Assembly: GCF_006345805.1 (NCBI RefSeq)
Contig: NW_021826947.1
Span: 1 to 11,617, forward strand
Reading direction: 5' to 3'
DNA length: 11,617 nucleotides
From: Octopus sinensis
Taxonomy: Eukaryota
The position numbers and the translations under genes are program-made. Below, in pieces: positions 7,555 to 11,617 of this stretch. The notes beneath the pieces were generated by a model. That model saw nothing but the letters and a program-made list of their open reading frames with translations. It had not been told where the DNA came from and searched no databases. Positions within the stretch are counted from its first letter, which is position 1, and each line of letters starts with the position of its first letter.

Positions 7555-7936
7555 ATATATGGTGGCTAGACCCAGTAGAAATAGCGGCCACATCTCCTTC
7601 AAATCACCACCCCCTACAGTCGTGTGTATGTATGTATATATGAGCCTATGAAATCAACTCTTCTGGCTAATGTATGAGACGCTGAGGGGAAAGCCTCTAA
7701 ATAGTAGCTAGACATGGCAGAAATAACAACCAAATCTCCCTCAAATCATATCATGTCTTAAATATGAGCCAACAGAGAGACACCTCCATATGGTAGCTAG
7801 ACTTGTAAGAAAATAGCAGCCAAATTTCTCTCAATTCACACTCTGTCATCTTATGAAATGAAGGATACACATGATTTTGTGGTTCCAGACATATGAAAAG
7901 ACAAGATCATCAAGACTGGAATCCCTTTTATCCTAA

Positions 7937-8159
7937 CCCTTTCAGTACCCTATTTATTAGGGAGATGCTTTGTGTTTCTTTCAATTAATTTTAAATATAA
8001 CAAAGAATTTAGTAAAATAAGTTCGTTATCATTAAGCTAGAGTTAGGGACATAAATTGTGACTAAGGTTTGGTGGAAGATTTTTATTCAGAACTTTTGAA
8101 AACAAGACATTTGTATTACAGAGCCAGAGGTGGTTTCAGCTGGGTTGGTATCAAAAGGG
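7937..8159. mobile_element. piggyBac-like MITE, second family, copy 1 (223 bp)
   Basis: Termini CCCTTTCAGTACC...GGTATCAAAAGGG with decayed TTAA flanks (ctaa/taca); body collinear with 8309-8531. Confidence 0.7.
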
Positions 8160-8308
8160 TACACATCTCCACATTTGGGCAGATGGAGATTAGAAGCAGT
8201 TGGAAGAGTGTGGCTTGAAGGAAATTTAGGCTATTATTTCTAGCATATAGAGGGACCACAGTGAGATCTCCTTCCCTCATTTCTTCTGCTGATTATTTTT
8301 CTTCTCAA

Positions 8309-8531
8309 CCCTTTTGTTCCCATATTTCTGTTGAGATGCTCTGTGTTTCTTTCAATTAATTTTAAATATAACAAAGAATTTAGTAAAATAACTTAGTTAT
8401 TTATTCAGCTAGTGTCAGGAACATAAATTGTGACTAAGGTTTGGTGGAAGATTTTAATTCAGGACTTTTGAAAACAAGACATTTGTTCTACTGAGCTAGA
8501 GGAGGTTTCAGCCAGGTTGGTATCGAAAGGG
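8309..8531. mobile_element. piggyBac-like MITE, second family, copy 2 (223 bp)
   Basis: Termini CCCTTTTGTTCCC...GGTATCGAAAGGG, flanks tcaa/ctaa (decayed TTAA). Confidence 0.7.
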
Positions 8532-8654
8532 CTAAGAACACTTCTACATTTAGGCAGATGGACATTAGAAGAGGTTGAAAAGGTGTGGATTGAAGGAAAT
8601 TTAGGCTATTATTTCTAGCATATAGAGTGACCACATTGAGGTCTTCGTTTCATC

Positions 8655-8779
8655 TTGCTCCAGTCCACTCAGCTGGCAGAAATAAGTGAATCCTGCGACG
8701 GATCAGCGTCCCGTCCAGGTGGAGCATTTATACATCATTGAAACTGGGAAACTGGCCCTGGCATGGCTCATGAAGGAAA
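8655..8779 (+). mobile_element. Probable fragment of another SINE family
   Basis: ccagtccactcagctggc...cctgcgacggatcagcgtcccgtccagg resembles SINE central-domain sequence from memory. Only one copy is in the window, so support is weak. Confidence 0.4.
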
Positions 8780-8899
8780 CATTGGTCGGCCCGGGGCTAT
8801 AGCAGAAGACACTTGCCCAAGATGCCACGCAGTGGGACTGAACCCGGAACCATGCGGTTGGTAAGCAAGCTACTTACCACACAGGCCACTCCTGCGCCT
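8780..8899 (-). mobile_element. Young SINE family A, head portion only
   Basis: Near-identical to 5293-5411 (3 substitutions and 1 insertion by eye). Confidence 0.92.
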
Positions 8900-8961
8900 C
8901 AATATTGCATCTCAATATTTATTTAATTAATATTTAATTAATATTTAATCTTCGGGAATAA

Positions 8962-9213
8962 GCTGTGCTTGAGCAGAAGAGCCATCAAGCCAAGCGCAAC
9001 TGTAGCAGTGGTAGATACTGGTGTCACGCGACTGGTGCCCGCGCCAGTGGCACGTCAAAGAACCCATTACACTCTGTTAAGGGCATCCAGCTGTCGAAAC
9101 CATGTCGAATCAGACTGGGGTCTGGTGCAGCCCCTCAGCTTACTAGCCCTGCTCAAATTGCCCAACCCATGCCAGCATGGACAACGGACGTTAAATGATG
9201 ATGGATGGTGATG
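8962..9213 (+). mobile_element. Diverged SINE family C in plus orientation
   Basis: gccagtggcacgtcaaagaaccc...aagggcatccagctg...aacccatgccagcatggacaacggacgttaaatgatgatg; reverse complement of the family C copies. The left boundary is approximate. Confidence 0.8.
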
Positions 9214-9668
9214 ATAGTTTGTTGCTTTTTTTCATTTTTGTTCTTTTTTTTTTTGTTTGGGGCTTTCAACAATAACGACATCAACAGAGAATCATTTGCT
9301 GCATAAAATTAACAATTTAATTAACAAATTCATAAAGTAAACAACGTCAACAACAACAACAACAACAACAACAAGAGGAACAAAACAAGAACAGAAAAAG
9401 GCAGGTAAAAATAAGAGAAATTGTAAAAGACAAGAAAATGAAAGAAAGAAAGAAGAGAAGAAGGAAAATTACAAAGAGAACTAAGGAAAAATTTATGGCA
9501 CTTGAGGAAAAGTGAAAGGAACTTACGTAGGACGGTGGTGCCCCAGCATGGCCGTGGCCTTCGGGCTAAAATATTTTTAAGGATTTAAGGACTGTATGAT
9601 GAGGATTTAAGCTAGGACCATGGGGCTCTAAATACATTATACATACACACACATATTTATATTTATAA

Positions 9669-9913
9669 CTAGCAGTATCACCCGGCGTTGCTCGGGTTTG
9701 TAAGGGAAGTAACTATATAAGCATTTTTAGAGAGTTACTTCCCTTATATAACTCGAGCGAAAAATGGATTAAAAATGCGGAAAAATGGTAAATTTTTTTA
9801 AAATCGTAGCCTCATCGTAGATGCACGCTAATACCCAGAAGGGCTCGATATGAATGACGACTATAAGATACCCGCTTTTGGTTAAACTACACTGCAAAAT
9901 GTGGGAGTAGTTA
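9669..9913 (-). mobile_element. 5'-truncated non-autonomous Helitron
   Basis: Minus-strand 3' end: imperfect GC-rich hairpin cccgagcaacgccggg, 8 nt, then CTAG followed by T, which is the canonical Helitron terminus. Inverted homologue at about 10161-10405. Confidence 0.8.
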
Positions 9914-10100
9914 CAATTTACACTGGCCTTGGTTTTGTTGTCTCATTTTATTTAACAAATACACGCTCACACATGACCCACGTTAGACTCTTCACTCATA
10001 CTATTATTGAACCGTGAGTCTAACAGTCCTTCCGTAGCACTTACAAAGCCTTACCTGCCTTTTGGATCTTCTGGATACCAAAACCTCTTGTGTATATGTA

Positions 10101-10406
10101 TCTTTATATATAAAATTGAAGTTGTGTGTGTGAGACTCTGTCGCCTCCGATTTAGATTCCTAACTATTCCCACATTTTGCAGTGCAGTTTAACCAAAAGT
10201 GGGTATCTTATACTCATCATTCATATCGAGCCCTTCTGGGTATTAGCGCGCGTCTACAATGAGTCTACGATATAAAAAAAATTTACCATCATTTTTCCGC
10301 ATTTTTAATGATTTTTGCTCGGGTTATATAAGGGAAGTAACTCTCTAAAAATGCTTATATAGTTATTTCCCTTACAAACCCGAGCAATGCCAGGCGATAC
10401 TGCTAT
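10101..10406 (+). mobile_element. Apparently full-length non-autonomous Helitron (about 305 bp)
   Basis: 5' end A|TCTTTATATATAAAA; 3' end has hairpin cccgagcaatgccagg then gatactgCTA(t) merging into (TA)n; no TSD. Matches the Helitron A|TC...CTRR|T rule except that the terminal G is lost. Confidence 0.8.
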
Positions 10407-10653
10407 ATATATATATATATATATAAAACATAATATATATATAAAACATAATATATATATAAAATATAATATATATATAATATATAAAATATAATATATA
10501 TATAATATATAAAATATAATATATATATAATATATAACATATAATATATATATAAATATATATATATATATAATATATATATATATAATATCTATATATA
10601 TATATAAATATATAATATATATATATACAAAATATAATATATATAAATATATA
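10407..10653. repeat. Long interrupted (TA)n array
   Basis: Directly visible; source of the spurious ORF 10305..10793. Confidence 0.97.
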
Positions 10654-10912
10654 ATGCTGAGAGTTGCTGAGGCATGGAACAAACTGCCAGCATCAGTTGT
10701 TAGTTGTCGGAACACTGCATCCTTCAAAATCCATGCTTCCTGAGATTCGCCAACATTACACCTGATTTTCTCTCCTCCATACACACCAAGCATGTATCTG
10801 ACTAGACACTGTTCGCTTTTCAGAATTTGTACATTACTGCAGATGATTTATACGCACTTTCTGACAAGTTGTGGTGCACCCTGAGCACTGTATACAATAA
10901 TTTAATTATTAT
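10654..10912 (+). mobile_element. 5'-truncated CR1/L2-clade LINE 3' end (ORF2 C-terminus, 3' UTR, AT-rich tail)
   Basis: Translation LRVAEAWNKLPASVVSCRNTASFK, then after a frameshift MLPEIRQHYT* (stop 10763-10765), resembles the CR1-type ORF2 terminal motif RVVxxWNxLPxxVVxxxxxxxFK. Confidence 0.8.
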
Positions 10913-11002
10913 ATTTATAATTATAATATGAGGGAATATTATTCCAAATTTACAGGGAAAAATTCAATTTAGAAATACGAAATCAAATTTCACCAAATAT
11001 AG

Positions 11003-11022
11003 TATATATATTTATATATATA

Positions 11023-11054
<32 letters not shown>

Positions 11055-11272
11055 CTATAATATAAATTAGAAAAAAAACCCACCTTTTATCAATTCAATA
11101 ATGAAAAATTAAATTATACCATTTAGAAAATTAATCTTTTATATGTATGTATACACACACACACACACACACACATATATTAAATCATACTTTATTGAAA
11201 AGCATATTACTCTACCTCTGGTATTTGAGTGCTCTTTTTAACACCTTGTTTCACATTTATTTGCATTTTCCG

Positions 11273-11311
<39 letters not shown>

Positions 11312-11370
11312 ATATATATATATATAAAACGCACACCTATATTCGCATACCACACATATATATATATCAT
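11003..11370. repeat. Scattered (TA)n and (CA)n microsatellites
   Basis: About 11003-11060, 11150-11173 and 11272-11330. Confidence 0.9.
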
Positions 11371-11462
11371 ACACAAAAAGCACACATATTTAATGTACAA
11401 TACTGAGAAAGGCATGAATGTCTCACAACCGCTATTCTTTCACTGCTCTTTCTGATTCTACC

Positions 11463-11463
<1 letters not shown>

Positions 11464-11510
<47 letters not shown>
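11464..11510. repeat. (AAT)n microsatellite
   Basis: Directly visible. Confidence 0.97.
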
Positions 11511-11617
11511 TAAATAGTTTCTAAACATAGATAGGGGCCAGGAAATTGTCTTCAAAAATGTTAAAACTTTACACAAAATTGATTTTAAAAAAAAGCATCA
11601 ATAAAATAAAAAATTTT

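Noticed and set aside
9195-9520. Long U/C-rich tract and ttttatgcAG acceptor on the minus strand as a possible upstream PPIP5K exon
   Set aside because: The following sequence has no GINRK-like motif or clear donor, and it runs through low-complexity poly-A into a SINE tail and a stop.
9982-10024. 9-bp inverted repeat gttagactc/gagtctaac in the Helitron spacer
   Set aside because: It is short, has a 25-nt loop and could arise by chance. It would matter only if the nearby microexon is confirmed.

Overview
Eukaryotic, AT-rich, repeat-dense genomic DNA. The SINE/MITE families look like those I recall from Octopus (coleoid cephalopod); this taxon call is recognition, not a database result. The only host-gene coding content I can support is three internal minus-strand exons of a PPIP5K/VIP1-family gene (diphosphoinositol-pentakisphosphate kinase, histidine-acid-phosphatase-like domain): 6620-6742, 6186-6304 and 2561-2673. 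All have canonical AG/GT sites and compatible phases (1-1, 1-0, 0-2). They splice to (D)[117 protein letters not shown]. The ORF track captures only the first of these exons. Everything else appears intronic: at least three SINE families, TTAA-type (piggyBac-like) and hAT-like MITEs, two non-autonomous Helitron copies, a CR1-like LINE 3' end, a 72-bp minisatellite and many microsatellites. I see no clearly new biological system. The best leads are hypotheses: genomic Lys codons where orthologues have Glu/Arg (possible A-to-I recoding), two closely spaced inverted-repeat pairs that could form long dsRNA in the pre-mRNA, and a possible 12/15-nt microexon in the loop of one of them.
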